The position numbers were made by a program, and so were the translations under genes. The notes beneath the pieces were generated by a model, which ran no database searches, was not told the origin of the DNA, and saw only the letters and a list, made by a program, of their open reading frames with translations. Below, in pieces: positions 25,576 through 36,109 of a stretch of 56,652 bases of DNA. Position 1 is the first letter of the stretch. Every line of letters begins with the position of its first letter. The DNA comes from a virus (lineage: Duplodnaviria; Caudoviricetes). Location: IMG/VR virus record IMGVR_UViG_3300037010_000803, positions 1 to 56,652 of that record. One strand, written 5' to 3'.

Positions 25576-25983
25576 CTACCTCGTCACTCTAGGAACGACC
25601 GTTACATTCCCCGCCATGATTCGCAGGGCAGTGGCGGGACTGGACATCCACAAATCCCACTGGCCGGTGAAAGGCGCGGGCAAGGCAGCCGTCTGGTCAC
25701 TGGTCAGACTCAAAGTCACCACACCATGTATGGCATCCGTCACCGTACAGGTGAACGTTGCCGTCACCGTCGAAGACGAATAGGACGGTCGTATCTGCGC
25801 TGTGAACGTGTATCCGGTGAGATTGATAGCCGTCCCTGTTCCGTCAGTGAACGTCAAGCTCGCGCTCCAGGTGTTGCCTTGTTCTATGGTGAGATTCACC
25901 GTCGCGGGAACGATTCCCACGTTGGTATCCGCGAACGCCAAAACGTAGAATAGCATTAGCACAATAAATGCAGCCCGTTTCAT
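25576..25983 (-). CDS. BppU-like baseplate/adaptor Ig-fold protein with apparent signal peptide
   Basis: NLTIEQGNTW...INLTGYTFTAQIR...GVVTLSLTSDQTA; N-terminus MKRAAFIVLMLFYVLAFA-D. Confidence 0.65.
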   Translation of the reverse strand: MKRAAFIVLMLFYVLAFADTNVGIVPATVNLTIEQGNTWSASLTFTDGTGTAINLTGYTFTAQIRPSYSSSTVTATFTCTVTDAIHGVVTLSLTSDQTAALPAPFTGQWDLWMSSPATALRIMAGNVTVVPRVTR

Positions 25984-25993
25984 CCTCTGCCTC

Positions 25994-28273
25994 CTAAGTG
26001 TTGAGCGCGTCACAATACGGGCTCGCCGCCCCAGTGTACGTTGTTACTGATGCTGCCACGTACCAGTGTTCTGTCGCGCTGGCCCTTGTGGCACCCACCA
26101 CGCGCTGCATGGTGTAGTCTGGCGCGAGCCAAGTATTCGTAACGAGCGCTCCCGATTGCGTCCACGTTCCCGCACTACTCGTGATTTGGCCCTGGTAGTA
26201 CAACAGCGCGGGATTCGTGCCAGCGTATACCCGCACGCTCGCTATCCCTACAGGGAAGGCGGGAGCCGTTACCGTGAGATAGTTGTTAGCGGCCACTGCC
26301 TGCGTGCTCACTGCGCTGGCTATGGTCTCGCCATATACATTGCAACAGGTAATCTTAACGTAATACGTTGCCGCCGCCAAAGTTCCCCCCGCGACTTGGC
26401 CAGTCGTAGGAGCCGCAGGGGCCTTCCGCGTAAATGGTGCCTGTATGCTCGACCCTGTTAGGCTCCCATCGCCGTTTATTGACTGCATATTTACCAGCGC
26501 GCACTTCCACAAATCGGTCTCTGGCCAGTAGTAACAGTACAGGGCGTAATCATAGTTCGCCCCGTTCGCTTCCACGGCTATTCTAAACGGTATCGGCGTG
26601 GAAGGCGGGTCGTAGTCCACTACGCTGTTGCTGCCTGCTCCAATTCCGGCGCTCGGAGCCGTGCCGGTACGTTCGATAAGAGTCAATTGAATGTTATCAA
26701 GGACTGTCGTGTCCACCGACCGCAGTGGCTCGTCCACATTGGTAACGATATACTCCACCCCGCCGATGCTTACGCGGTCCCATATTTGATATGCCGTCCC
26801 GTCGTCAAGCACCTGGACCAGTCGTTGTTTGCGCTTGGTGGCGAAATAGTTATAGAGCCGTGTGCCAGCCTCTGCCAAGGTGGCCATCCGCCCGATGAAA
26901 TCAGTGGATATTTCCAGCGGTGGAACGATGCGCGAAGGCCGCCCCATGAGATAGGTCAGATTGTTGCCGCCGCTAGTCCCTACTGCTGGGCCGCCAGTGA
27001 TTTTTACCTGAGTCGTGTACTGCGGCCATAGCAACGACACTTGGTCGGTCATCAACAGAGAATCTAAAGCCTTCACCGTAGAGCCAGAGATAACATGGCT
27101 GCGGTCAATGAAATAATACTTTCCACCCACCCAGAACAATACCGCATTCGCATTGGCGGCTAATTCCGCAAGTGCTTCGCCCACGTGCTTGTCCGTGAAG
27201 TCCAGGTAGTCCAATGTTTTGCTATACTCAGTGACATCAATCACGTAGTTGGAAGATGAAATGTTCGCTGTCGTGAATAGCAGCGCTGCTGCATCCGCTA
27301 TGCTCATATTCCTATTGAATGGGCTGGCCAGAATCGTGGAAAGCGCATCAGAGGCGGAGCCTATAGCCGTATCCGCAATGACTTGCGTTTGGTTGTACAG
27401 CGCTGGGTAGGCCGGGACTAGCAATTTCGAGCGGAAATTGTGGACCGCGCCGTCCGCGCCTAACATGGTAAAACTGTCATCCTTAAATAGCCCGGCGTCT
27501 ATTGCCGAACGCCCCATGAACATAAGCCCCTGGTTGTTGAGCGTGCTAGTCCGAACGTCCAACGCAATTGGGCAGATAAAAAATGGGTACCCCGGCAAAA
27601 CGTGAAAATAATCCACAGGACCCGCCTCCGTTACCGGGCTGGTCACGCCCCAAGACGCCTGCGCCAAATTGAGTGTGCCCGCATTGTCATTAGAAATTAC
27701 TCGCAGCCAAAACCATGCATCTTTCTGGGAATACGTACCATGCAAAGGGTCATAATATGTACTGGAGCAGTAGGCATAAACGGCATGATTCTGAAACTCG
27801 TTGGTCGCCATAGGCAAATCTGCGTCCGTTAGCGTGAATGCAGTAGAGCTATGCGTTTCGGACTGGACAATGCCGTTCCTATGCTTATATAGCAGCCCAG
27901 GGCGCACGGCGTCGGAAGCCTTGTAGTTGTCTAGCCGTTTCAGCGCGTGGAGAAACGTCGCGGTGCAGGTCTTCAGCTTCGAGTCGAAGACCAGCGTTGA
28001 GGATGCATCCAAATCGCCTTCCCACACTACGGTACCATTCTTGGATATTTGTAGGTAGTATTGATTCGGATAAATCGCTTCCGGGTCAGCCGCTCCGAAC
28101 AGGGTGGTAAAATATCCGTCCTCATTCTGGAGAGTGAGCGTCACATCACCGACGGTAAACGTGAATGCCGTAACGTCCAACTCTCTCGTGAGATGCGGGG
28201 CAGATGACGCAAGCACCCGTGCTGTGATGTCCACATCCGCCGAGCCAGACTTTTTGAGAATGAGAGTCAACAT
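25994..28273 (-). CDS. Tail tip/baseplate hub protein
   Basis: 759 aa after the distal tail gene; C-terminal beta-rich domain. Confidence 0.65.
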   Translation of the reverse strand: MLTLILKKSGSADVDITARVLASSAPHLTRELDVTAFTFTVGDVTLTLQNEDGYFTTLFGAADPEAIYPNQYYLQISKNGTVVWEGDLDASSTLVFDSKLKTCTATFLHALKRLDNYKASDAVRPGLLYKHRNGIVQSETHSSTAFTLTDADLPMATNEFQNHAVYAYCSSTYYDPLHGTYSQKDAWFWLRVISNDNAGTLNLAQASWGVTSPVTEAGPVDYFHVLPGYPFFICPIALDVRTSTLNNQGLMFMGRSAIDAGLFKDDSFTMLGADGAVHNFRSKLLVPAYPALYNQTQVIADTAIGSASDALSTILASPFNRNMSIADAAALLFTTANISSSNYVIDVTEYSKTLDYLDFTDKHVGEALAELAANANAVLFWVGGKYYFIDRSHVISGSTVKALDSLLMTDQVSLLWPQYTTQVKITGGPAVGTSGGNNLTYLMGRPSRIVPPLEISTDFIGRMATLAEAGTRLYNYFATKRKQRLVQVLDDGTAYQIWDRVSIGGVEYIVTNVDEPLRSVDTTVLDNIQLTLIERTGTAPSAGIGAGSNSVVDYDPPSTPIPFRIAVEANGANYDYALYCYYWPETDLWKCALVNMQSINGDGSLTGSSIQAPFTRKAPAAPTTGQVAGGTLAAATYYVKITCCNVYGETIASAVSTQAVAANNYLTVTAPAFPVGIASVRVYAGTNPALLYYQGQITSSAGTWTQSGALVTNTWLAPDYTMQRVVGATRASATEHWYVAASVTTYTGAASPYCDALNT

Positions 28274-28276
28274 ACG

Positions 28277-29176
28277 TCACCAGAGCCCGGAGTCCGGGGA
28301 AGGGATTGTCGTTTGCAAAGCGTAGCCGATTAGCTCTATTTCAGAGTGGAGCGCCACCCGTTTGCCAGACGGCATTGTAGCGTTATAAGAATCCCCGATA
28401 TTGACGCGCTTCCAGGCGTTCGCTGGGTCAATATACGGCGTCAATGGGCCTTCCACTAGCTGCGCGCCCCAAAGGTCGATAGGGCCGGCCGCTTCTGGGA
28501 ACTGGCCAATGACAACAATGAGCGACGTATCGCCCGCCTGGACTGCCCCAGATACGGAGAAACGCTGCCAGGAGGTAGTAAGAGTCACGGTAGCCATGCC
28601 TCGCGCTGTCCAGCCCTGGTGGCTTATCACCAGAATGATGGACGGTGTGCCAGAAGCGGCCTTGGCATACACGCTGAGCGTGTACATCTGCCCCGCTTGG
28701 AGCGTGGCAGGGACCAGCCCTGTCTGGGAGACGAACGCATTAGTCGCCCCTGTATTTGGCGTGATTCTTTCCGCCGTGGCACCGCCGAGCGGGTCAGTGA
28801 TATTGGTGGCGGTGACACTGCATTGATTCTTGCCCCAAACAGCGTTGTCGAAGGCCGTTGGATATGCTATGAGATTATCGTTGAGCGACGCCTCCAAATA
28901 ATTGGTAGACGCCGCGCCCAAATCCGACAAGACAGTTTCCAGCGAATCAGGGAAGCCGTCTATATGCCCGGCGGCCTGCTCGAAAATGATAGGCAGGTGC
29001 GCCCGGAATCCGCGCAGGTATTCAACTTGCGAATAATCAAGCAGTTCGTTCGCCGCCACGACCTTTTCATACGTTGGCGGCCCGACTTGCACCGGCGGAA
29101 ACGTCGGGTAGAACGTATGCAGAACTGTGCCGCTGCTGTTCCGCGAGCGAATCTTAGGCGCGTAGACCCATTGCAT
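28277..29176 (-). CDS. Distal tail protein with inserted carbohydrate-binding-like domain
   Basis: Directly after tape measure; NLIAYPTAFDNAVW...YTLSVYAK...LTTSWQRF...WGAQL. Confidence 0.65.
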   Translation of the reverse strand: MQWVYAPKIRSRNSSGTVLHTFYPTFPPVQVGPPTYEKVVAANELLDYSQVEYLRGFRAHLPIIFEQAAGHIDGFPDSLETVLSDLGAASTNYLEASLNDNLIAYPTAFDNAVWGKNQCSVTATNITDPLGGATAERITPNTGATNAFVSQTGLVPATLQAGQMYTLSVYAKAASGTPSIILVISHQGWTARGMATVTLTTSWQRFSVSGAVQAGDTSLIVVIGQFPEAAGPIDLWGAQLVEGPLTPYIDPANAWKRVNIGDSYNATMPSGKRVALHSEIELIGYALQTTIPSPDSGLW

Positions 29177-31563
29177 TAGTGCCCCCTCTTCCCCGCCTGG
29201 ACGGCTGGCGCTCGTGACATGCGCCTATTCACCACGGGTATCTGCTTCGCCACTTGGTAAGCTAGATTCTGTACCGCCCTGTCACCATCGGCGGATATCA
29301 GTGTTTGCACATTGACGTTGATGTTCCCGCCTGTCTGATTCGTCGTAGAGTGATAGACCGGAGCCGGAGTGGTGCTGGGCGGAGCGCCATACCCAGCGGG
29401 CATGGTCATCTTCGGAGACGCGGTGCTGCTAACAGCGCCACTGCCACCGCTCGAACTTCCGATATCCGTGCCTCGTATCCCCTTCACCGCTGCGTAGAGT
29501 TGTGCCAGCGTCTCTGCGTACGCCGCCGCCGCCGCCCAAGGTCCAGCCGACGCCATGGCTGCCCCAGCCCTTGCCGCTCCCTCAAAAGCCGCCACGACAG
29601 CCAGCGCCAGGGATACTTCTTTGTTCTGGGCGAACATACCCTGCATGGCGCCGACAATTCTCTCTTGTGCGTCCCGATTAATGGCGACTTGTTCTTCCTT
29701 GGTCCTTTTGAGTTCGGCTGTTTCAGCCTGGTCTAGTATCGCCAACGCCGCCGCATTACCTTCGGCCAGCGCCCTCTCCTGAGCGTAGAAATCTTTTACG
29801 GCCTGTAGCCGCTGTTGTAGATTCTTCTTTTCATTGGTCAGCAAAAGATTCGCAGCCCGCTTGAGCTGTGCCGCGTATTTGTCGGCCTCCTGCTTTTCCT
29901 TGTCCCTGATGGCCTTGTCAATAGCCGCGATTTTATCGTCTGCCTCTTTGTTTATGGCGACACGTTTGTTCTCAAACTCCTTCTCCAATGCTAGTTCTTT
30001 GTTACGATAGGTCTCGTTAATAACTGCGATTGCGGCCTTGTTCCCCTTGGCAGCGGCGATAGCATCCGCCTTTTCTTGCGCCAGTGCTATTTTGGCGGCT
30101 TCCCGTTCCTTCTTAAGCGCGACCTGCGCCTCACCGGCGGCTATGCGGATATCGTCTTTGCTCTTGGCAGATTTTAATGCAGCACTAGCCTCGGATTCTT
30201 CCGCCCTGGCCACTTCTAACACGCTTTTGGCGAGCGCATCATTAGCCGCCTTCATCTGCTTACTATGCTCTTCTGCAACCTTAGTCGCCTCTTCCGCCGC
30301 CTTTTTTTCTGCCTCTACCAGAGTGGTCTGAGCATCCTTGTATTCTTTAGATTGTTCGCCAAATGTATTCCTTGCAAGCGCCGCTTCTTGCCGTAGTATT
30401 TCCAGTCTCTGCGCGGATGACGTTTTGGCGGAGTCAAGCATCTTCTGAGACGACTCCACGAAGAAATGATAGGACGCGGCGGCTTGCTCCTTCGTCGCTT
30501 GCGCTGCCTTATCACCCGCTTCCTTTACTTCGACACTCACGCCAGCCATAATGTCTTTGGCCTTCATGAAATGCTCACCAAGCTTGGCTAGGTCCTCTTC
30601 TTGCTCCTCCCTAATATCGCGCATCTGGTCATATAGCGTGTCTAATGCATTTTTCAGCCCGTTGGCCTGCACATTAACGCCAAAGCCCAAAAAAGCTCCC
30701 AATTCTTTCCCGGCGTACTTTGCTTCGAGTCCTACGAGGGCCAAGCCACCTATTATGTCCACGAGCGCGCCGCCAAGGCCACGCAATGCGGGGATTATCA
30801 CACTCTTGATTCCCCCCACCATCTGGCCCATTTCGGCCTCGCCTGCTTTCCAGGAGGCAGTCCATGCGTCTAACTCCGTCTTGTTATCATTTACGGCTTT
30901 ACCAGCATCCGCGAAAGCAGGGATAAGGCGCGTGTCCAGAATCGTCGCAAAACTCTCGCCCGCCGCTTTGCCTTCACGCAAAGCGTTGCTTACCGGGTCT
31001 ACACCTCGCATGACAAGGCCAGTTTCCAGATAACGCTGTAAGACCGTGGCCGCCTCGGTCATGGACATAAAGCCCTCTTTTGATGCACCCGCCGCCACAG
31101 TCATAAGCTTTTCGGCTTGCGACACATTCCCGGTAATGGCTATCATTTTCTGGAATGCCGGGATTATTTCATCATTGGAGACTGCGTAAGTAACGCGCAG
31201 CCAGTTGACCCATTCTTTTGCCTGCGCAATCGTTTCCTCAGTTGCATTAGCATATATCTTGGCCGAGAGAGCCAGATTGTTGAACATATGTTCATCGCGT
31301 GCGCCCTCGGTAACAAGGTCTTTGAAGAACTCGATTACCTCTCTCGCCCCCAATACCAGCCCAAATGCTTCAGCCAGCGACTTTACCGTTTCCTTGAGCT
31401 TATCTATCCCGCCGCTACTCTCTTCGGCGGCTTGGCCGGTCTCTTCAATCTTTTCTTTTGCCTCAGACAGTTTTTGCGCGACTTGTTGGATAGCAGCATC
31501 TTCCGAAGAGGCAACGACTTTGATGTTTACCGTATATTCAGGCAACCTTACCTCCGGTGGCAT
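29176..31563 (-). CDS. Tape measure protein
   Basis: 795 aa, Ala/Glu/Lys-rich helical, after tail tube and chaperone. Confidence 0.85.
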   Translation of the reverse strand: MPPEVRLPEYTVNIKVVASSEDAAIQQVAQKLSEAKEKIEETGQAAEESSGGIDKLKETVKSLAEAFGLVLGAREVIEFFKDLVTEGARDEHMFNNLALSAKIYANATEETIAQAKEWVNWLRVTYAVSNDEIIPAFQKMIAITGNVSQAEKLMTVAAGASKEGFMSMTEAATVLQRYLETGLVMRGVDPVSNALREGKAAGESFATILDTRLIPAFADAGKAVNDNKTELDAWTASWKAGEAEMGQMVGGIKSVIIPALRGLGGALVDIIGGLALVGLEAKYAGKELGAFLGFGVNVQANGLKNALDTLYDQMRDIREEQEEDLAKLGEHFMKAKDIMAGVSVEVKEAGDKAAQATKEQAAASYHFFVESSQKMLDSAKTSSAQRLEILRQEAALARNTFGEQSKEYKDAQTTLVEAEKKAAEEATKVAEEHSKQMKAANDALAKSVLEVARAEESEASAALKSAKSKDDIRIAAGEAQVALKKEREAAKIALAQEKADAIAAAKGNKAAIAVINETYRNKELALEKEFENKRVAINKEADDKIAAIDKAIRDKEKQEADKYAAQLKRAANLLLTNEKKNLQQRLQAVKDFYAQERALAEGNAAALAILDQAETAELKRTKEEQVAINRDAQERIVGAMQGMFAQNKEVSLALAVVAAFEGAARAGAAMASAGPWAAAAAYAETLAQLYAAVKGIRGTDIGSSSGGSGAVSSTASPKMTMPAGYGAPPSTTPAPVYHSTTNQTGGNINVNVQTLISADGDRAVQNLAYQVAKQIPVVNRRMSRAPAVQAGKRGH

Positions 31564-32131
31564 CAGGCTCGCTCTGGCCCTGCTCCCTGGCGAGTTCCAT
31601 CGCTTCCGCTGCTGTTACCTCTTCAGGCTCACTTGCCCCGCCCCTGCGCCTCTCATTGCGTCCCACGGCCTCAAGAATGGCAAACAGCGCCTGCGCGGGT
31701 AGTAGTCGGGCCTTGTCATGGTCATAGGCGGGTCGCATTTGACACAATGCGTCTATCACGTCCAGCGCATCCACGGACTCGCCCTTGCCCGGCTTGCTCT
31801 GTTCGAGTAGATAGGGGATATTATTGACCTCGCCCAATGCCTTCAGCACGGCCTGAGTCTGCGATTGGGTGCAGCGATTGTAGTCGCTATTCCGCAATGG
31901 CTCTAGCACCAACAGTGGCAAGGACACGACCAGCGCGTCGCCCTTCTCTGCGGCGAATTTCTGCCAGTCCTTCGGGGGGCCGCCGTTCAAGAAGCATATC
32001 ATGCCGTAGAGTGAAAACCACCGCTCAATGGTCAGCGGCCCTACGGTATAATAGCGCCCGGTGTGAAGGGGGCCGAGTTTCCGGCCCCCTATTTTCACCC
32101 GGCGATAATTGCGCTGTAGCAGTTCAATCAT
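31538..32131 (-). CDS. Tail assembly chaperone-like protein
   Basis: Between tail tube and tape measure; ATGA overlap with tail tube. Confidence 0.55.
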   Translation of the reverse strand: MIELLQRNYRRVKIGGRKLGPLHTGRYYTVGPLTIERWFSLYGMICFLNGGPPKDWQKFAAEKGDALVVSLPLLVLEPLRNSDYNRCTQSQTQAVLKALGEVNNIPYLLEQSKPGKGESVDALDVIDALCQMRPAYDHDKARLLPAQALFAILEAVGRNERRRGGASEPEEVTAAEAMELAREQGQSEPDATGGKVA

Positions 32132-32733
32132 TTCGGTGCTGTAGCGACCCACTTAAACAACTGGCCATTCCCGGCGGTGACGCTCGTGTCCTCGAAGCCG
32201 TCTATCTCTATGCCGTACTCGCCGACCTTCTTGACGCCGAATGCAGTCCCCTTGGTGATTTTCACCAGACATTTCGGAATGGTGAACACCGCCGAAGAGT
32301 ACACATCCGTCGTTCCCGGAGCTATTCCAGGGCTGATTGCGATGTTCGGCGCGGTCAGCTTAACAGTCAGCCACCGGGGAGCCGGCGGCTCGTCAGCCAG
32401 ATAGGTCAACGTGCCGTCTGTCGTGCCCGCGACACGAGCCACGGCGGTCACCTTCGCATCAGCATCACCCTTCAGCCGAGCGTAGTTCAGCCAGTTAGTC
32501 TGGAGGATACTCGCCTTGAGAGTGACCGACTCACCATCGTAGTACGCGCCAACTGGCATTATCGCGTTGTCCGCGCTGATTTTGCCAACCGTGCGAAGGT
32601 TGTCAAACTCTATACCGTTGGCGTATCCCAATCCATACCATGTGGTGGCACCATAGTTCGCCACCCAATCCGCGACTTCGACGTAGGCTCTAACGCCAGC
32701 CCAGACATCCAAAGAGTTGTATCCCGCAGTCAT
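32128..32733 (-). CDS. Major tail tube protein
   Basis: 201 aa, beta-rich, AAGGAG RBS, position. Confidence 0.7.
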   Translation of the reverse strand: MTAGYNSLDVWAGVRAYVEVADWVANYGATTWYGLGYANGIEFDNLRTVGKISADNAIMPVGAYYDGESVTLKASILQTNWLNYARLKGDADAKVTAVARVAGTTDGTLTYLADEPPAPRWLTVKLTAPNIAISPGIAPGTTDVYSSAVFTIPKCLVKITKGTAFGVKKVGEYGIEIDGFEDTSVTAGNGQLFKWVATAPK

Positions 32734-32894
32734 TTTGTTTCTCCTTTCTTAGTGACCGGCGTTTCCACCGGCACTAACACGCTTATCTGGGCGGCTTGCT
32801 CTGGTGATAACTCCACAATGTCGCCCATGTAGTATTCCTTGCCGTTTACCAGCACGGAATCGCTTTTGCATTTCGCTGAGACCTGATATTTCAT
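32730..32894 (-). CDS. 54-aa hypothetical protein MKYQVSAK...GDIVELSPEQA (not in ORF track)
   Basis: Fills the gap exactly, with TAATG and ATGA overlaps on both sides. Confidence 0.6.
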   Translation of the reverse strand: MKYQVSAKCKSDSVLVNGKEYYMGDIVELSPEQAAQISVLVPVETPVTKKGETK

Positions 32895-33337
32895 TAGACC
32901 CTCCGGTAAGCGACCGTGATAGGGTAGTCCAACACCCCGCTGCTGTCGCCCACGTAAATGGTATCGTCGCCATCGGCGTTTATTTCAACGGGAATCCCGT
33001 TCAACACGCTGACCGCGCTCGAAGATGTAGGATACAGAAAGTCGTCTATGACTGATTCAAGCGTATTCAGCGCAGTTTGTACCGCTGCGGAATTAGCGCC
33101 CTTAGCTGCTCCTATGACCTGCACCTTAATGGTGTATCGGTAAGGAGCTTGGGAGTATTCATCAGCGGAACGGGCGGTCTCCCACAAGAACAATCTCGGA
33201 AGTTGTTCGGCCTCTAGACTCATGGGGTCAGTGGAAAGGTCACGCGTGCAGATATACCCATCCCCGTACTGCGCCGCCATTGCCGCCGTCAACGCAGATT
33301 CCAGCCCGGTCATCACCAACTCACGAGCGCACGTCAT
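32894..33337 (-). CDS. Tail terminator-like protein
   Basis: Size and position upstream of tail tube. Confidence 0.6.
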   Translation of the reverse strand: MTCARELVMTGLESALTAAMAAQYGDGYICTRDLSTDPMSLEAEQLPRLFLWETARSADEYSQAPYRYTIKVQVIGAAKGANSAAVQTALNTLESVIDDFLYPTSSSAVSVLNGIPVEINADGDDTIYVGDSSGVLDYPITVAYRRV

Positions 33338-33981
33338 TTATCTCCCTCCAGGACGGCTGTAAGATTTGCCGGTGATAACGCAGCATTGACCTCAGCCTCC
33401 GAGCCCTCAACGGCGTTCTTGAACGTCGGATGCGCGTTGATGAAGACGCTGGGCTTGAGCACGAAGAGCGGAGTGAGAGCCTTGTATCCCTTGGCCCATT
33501 GTACCAGTAATGGAGCCCTGCCCTGGCGCTGCATGACAAACATCGGGACTCCGCATCCTCGCAGGCCGCCCGGTGAATTAAGTTCACTGCGCAATGCCCC
33601 CGCCGCTGTAAGCGCTGCGGGAAGAGGAACAGCCAGCGCTCTACCGTTCTTCGGAGTGATAGTGCCACCATGTTCCAGAAATCCCAATCTACGCCCTTCC
33701 GGCGCGTCCGGCTTGGCTCCCCAGCTAACGCTATCAGCCCCCCAATCGAACGGCTGGGCCGATAGATAGCGCGTCGTGTTCCCGGTACGTTTGAAAAGAT
33801 TCTCCGACTGCGCTCCGGGCGTCCAGCGTGTTTCCATGCTCTTCAGTACCCTGCGCTGCAATGGAGTCATGACCAGCGCGCATAAATGGCGCTTGGGGCC
33901 TTGCAACGATTTGCTCAGGTGTTTGATAGCACCCTGGACCTGTACCATGCCCTCTTCGGACACGGTAATCCATTTAGTCAC
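33334..33981 (-). CDS. Neck/virion morphogenesis protein
   Basis: LEHGGTITPKNGRALAVP motif; position. Confidence 0.6.
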   Translation of the reverse strand: MTKWITVSEEGMVQVQGAIKHLSKSLQGPKRHLCALVMTPLQRRVLKSMETRWTPGAQSENLFKRTGNTTRYLSAQPFDWGADSVSWGAKPDAPEGRRLGFLEHGGTITPKNGRALAVPLPAALTAAGALRSELNSPGGLRGCGVPMFVMQRQGRAPLLVQWAKGYKALTPLFVLKPSVFINAHPTFKNAVEGSEAEVNAALSPANLTAVLEGDK

Positions 33982-34544
33982 AGCCAGCCTCTCTCGCTGT
34001 TTAGCGCATCCTCAATCATCGGGTACTCGCTGAACTTACGGACCACCAAGTTGACCTGCTCCGGGCCCAGTGTCTTTCCGCCAGTCCCGATTTTCTCGCG
34101 CTCCATCAAGAGCAACTTGGCAATCAACACGCAGGCAGAGACTAGCCTTGGCGGGACACTGCCAAGTGCATACCCGGCAGTGTAGCTGACGGAAATACTG
34201 GCCCCGGAGTAAAAGTAAAATCCCCTGGCCTGAAGCCACTTGCCACCGTTAGCTATTAGAACGTCTTGCCCGGTATCAGCATCCCCATCCGCCATGACGG
34301 TCAATACAGCCCCGTCCATGGTCAACGACGACACAGAGGTAACGGGCCACTGGCGCAGTTTAAGCACGGCTGAGCCGTCCCCCGTGTACCATTCATTGTA
34401 CGACTGGGACACAAGCACTCGGCCAGCTTCAGCATTCATGTAATCGCTCGCCGCCGCCAGCGCCCACGCTAATTTGTTAGTCAGGTCGGGCGGGACTTCC
34501 CACATCGCCTCATAGTCTTGTTGGGTGGCAAGAGGGTCAGCCAT
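33978..34544 (-). CDS. Head-tail connector (gp6-like)
   Basis: LRQWPVTSV, VSYTAGY..VPPRL motifs; follows capsid. Confidence 0.75.
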   Translation of the reverse strand: MADPLATQQDYEAMWEVPPDLTNKLAWALAAASDYMNAEAGRVLVSQSYNEWYTGDGSAVLKLRQWPVTSVSSLTMDGAVLTVMADGDADTGQDVLIANGGKWLQARGFYFYSGASISVSYTAGYALGSVPPRLVSACVLIAKLLLMEREKIGTGGKTLGPEQVNLVVRKFSEYPMIEDALNSERGWL

Positions 34545-34557
34545 TCGTCACCTCATA

Positions 34558-34579
34558 GGGCGGGGCCGAAGCCCCGCCC
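34558..34579 (-). terminator. UUCG hairpin after the capsid gene
   Basis: Same as 34-55. Confidence 0.55.
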
Positions 34580-34591
34580 CGTTAAGAGAAA

Positions 34592-36100
34592 TCACGGCTG
34601 CCAAACGTCGTAAAGCAGGCCATGAATCGGAGGCATGTACATTGCCAAGCCGCCCCGCATCCTGTTCTCGAACTGGCGGGCGGGCTGGCCCGTGGCGTAC
34701 TCGAAGTTTGTCCAGTCGTAGGAGAGCCACAGTTTGACCGGAGCGTCCACGTTCGCCTGTGGGAACGGGATGATGTCCGGGACCCAGGCGATAGTACCCT
34801 GGACCATGTAAGGGTCAGTCACGATGTCAATCAAGCGCCCAGTCACAGGGTGGACGTACTTATTTGCAAACGCGCCGCCGGCGAAGGTGTTCTCAGGGCC
34901 GACCAGCATTGGATAACGTACCACGCTGTTAGCCGCGCCCTGGCCCAAAGCGTAGCCGATGGCCGCTCTGTCTAGCACGCCGCAAACAAGCTGGCCCTGG
35001 TCCGTACCAAGCCCGTTGAGGTAGCACCGAGAAAGCATTCTGTTGATTTCGAGGATGCCGTTCCCATAGGCCGGGGTAAGCGCCGCGCCAACGCGCTGGA
35101 CATAAGAGCCGCTGCCAGAAGCACACATAAGCGCTCTCATACCGTTGAAATCGTTAGAGTCCGCCGAGGTGTCACCTGTCGCGCAAACGTCGCCGCTCGT
35201 GACAACGTCCTGAATCGTGACCGTGCTCTGCCCGGTGATACCGACAAAGTGCGCGTTGCTGACGCCCGTAGTCGTGCCGATATAGATGGCGTACCCAGCA
35301 GCCGCCGGAATGGGAGTGAAGCTAATCTTCAGGCTGTGAGTAGCCGTAGGAGTAGCAGTAGCCACCGTGGACTCAGCACCGTACCCATCCGTCTGGTCAA
35401 TGCTCACGCCACAGGAGTAGCACTTTCCGGTTGAGCCGGAGGGCTGAAGGATTGCGCCAGCCTGGACGGCCTTCATCATCGCCATGTGAGTAATGGCCTT
35501 GACGTACACGTAATAAGGGACGTTCGCGAATCCGACGTTATTGTCGGAGACAACGCCGCTGTCAGCAACGACGACGTTGGTAACCTGGCCCAGCGCGTTC
35601 ACGTTCCCGCCGAAGATATGCGCGGATTCCGTGAGTTTACCGTAAAGCAGAGCATTAGTTACCACGCGCCCGCGAATGTCATCAAACGCACCCGCCGCTC
35701 TCTCGGCCTCGTAGATGATATCCCACAGACCGGATGAGACAATCCCAAACGTGGCCGACTTGGCGTCAGTGGCATACGCGCCAGCCGCCGCGCTCTTCAC
35801 GCCAGGCGCAGCGGTCGATTTACCAACTGCGCTTATTTTGGTAATCCGCTTGTAGTCTTTCTGGTTGCCGGTCGGAATCACCTCACGAGGGATTCTGGAC
35901 TGCCAGAAAGGCAGAAACGGCATAAGCTGTTTGGCTGGCTGTTCAAGGCTCACGCCATACTGGTTGGCATTCAGGTCCAGTGAAGCCTTGGAAACGTCCA
36001 GCACGCCATTGGGATAGGCGTCATGGAGAGCCTTCGCCACCAATCCGCTCGTGTCGCTGACCAACTTTTGCACATCGCTACTCAGATTATTGGTATCCAT
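34592..36100 (-). CDS. Major capsid protein (unit B)
   Basis: Near-identical protein to 68..1576, with many synonymous differences. Confidence 0.8.
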   Translation of the reverse strand: MDTNNLSSDVQKLVSDTSGLVAKALHDAYPNGVLDVSKASLDLNANQYGVSLEQPAKQLMPFLPFWQSRIPREVIPTGNQKDYKRITKISAVGKSTAAPGVKSAAAGAYATDAKSATFGIVSSGLWDIIYEAERAAGAFDDIRGRVVTNALLYGKLTESAHIFGGNVNALGQVTNVVVADSGVVSDNNVGFANVPYYVYVKAITHMAMMKAVQAGAILQPSGSTGKCYSCGVSIDQTDGYGAESTVATATPTATHSLKISFTPIPAAAGYAIYIGTTTGVSNAHFVGITGQSTVTIQDVVTSGDVCATGDTSADSNDFNGMRALMCASGSGSYVQRVGAALTPAYGNGILEINRMLSRCYLNGLGTDQGQLVCGVLDRAAIGYALGQGAANSVVRYPMLVGPENTFAGGAFANKYVHPVTGRLIDIVTDPYMVQGTIAWVPDIIPFPQANVDAPVKLWLSYDWTNFEYATGQPARQFENRMRGGLAMYMPPIHGLLYDVWQP

Positions 36101-36109
36101 TTTCGTCCC

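Noticed and set aside
31538-32131. Programmed G/GT tail-chaperone frameshift
   Set aside because: A single ORF already spans tail tube to tape measure; no second frame is needed.
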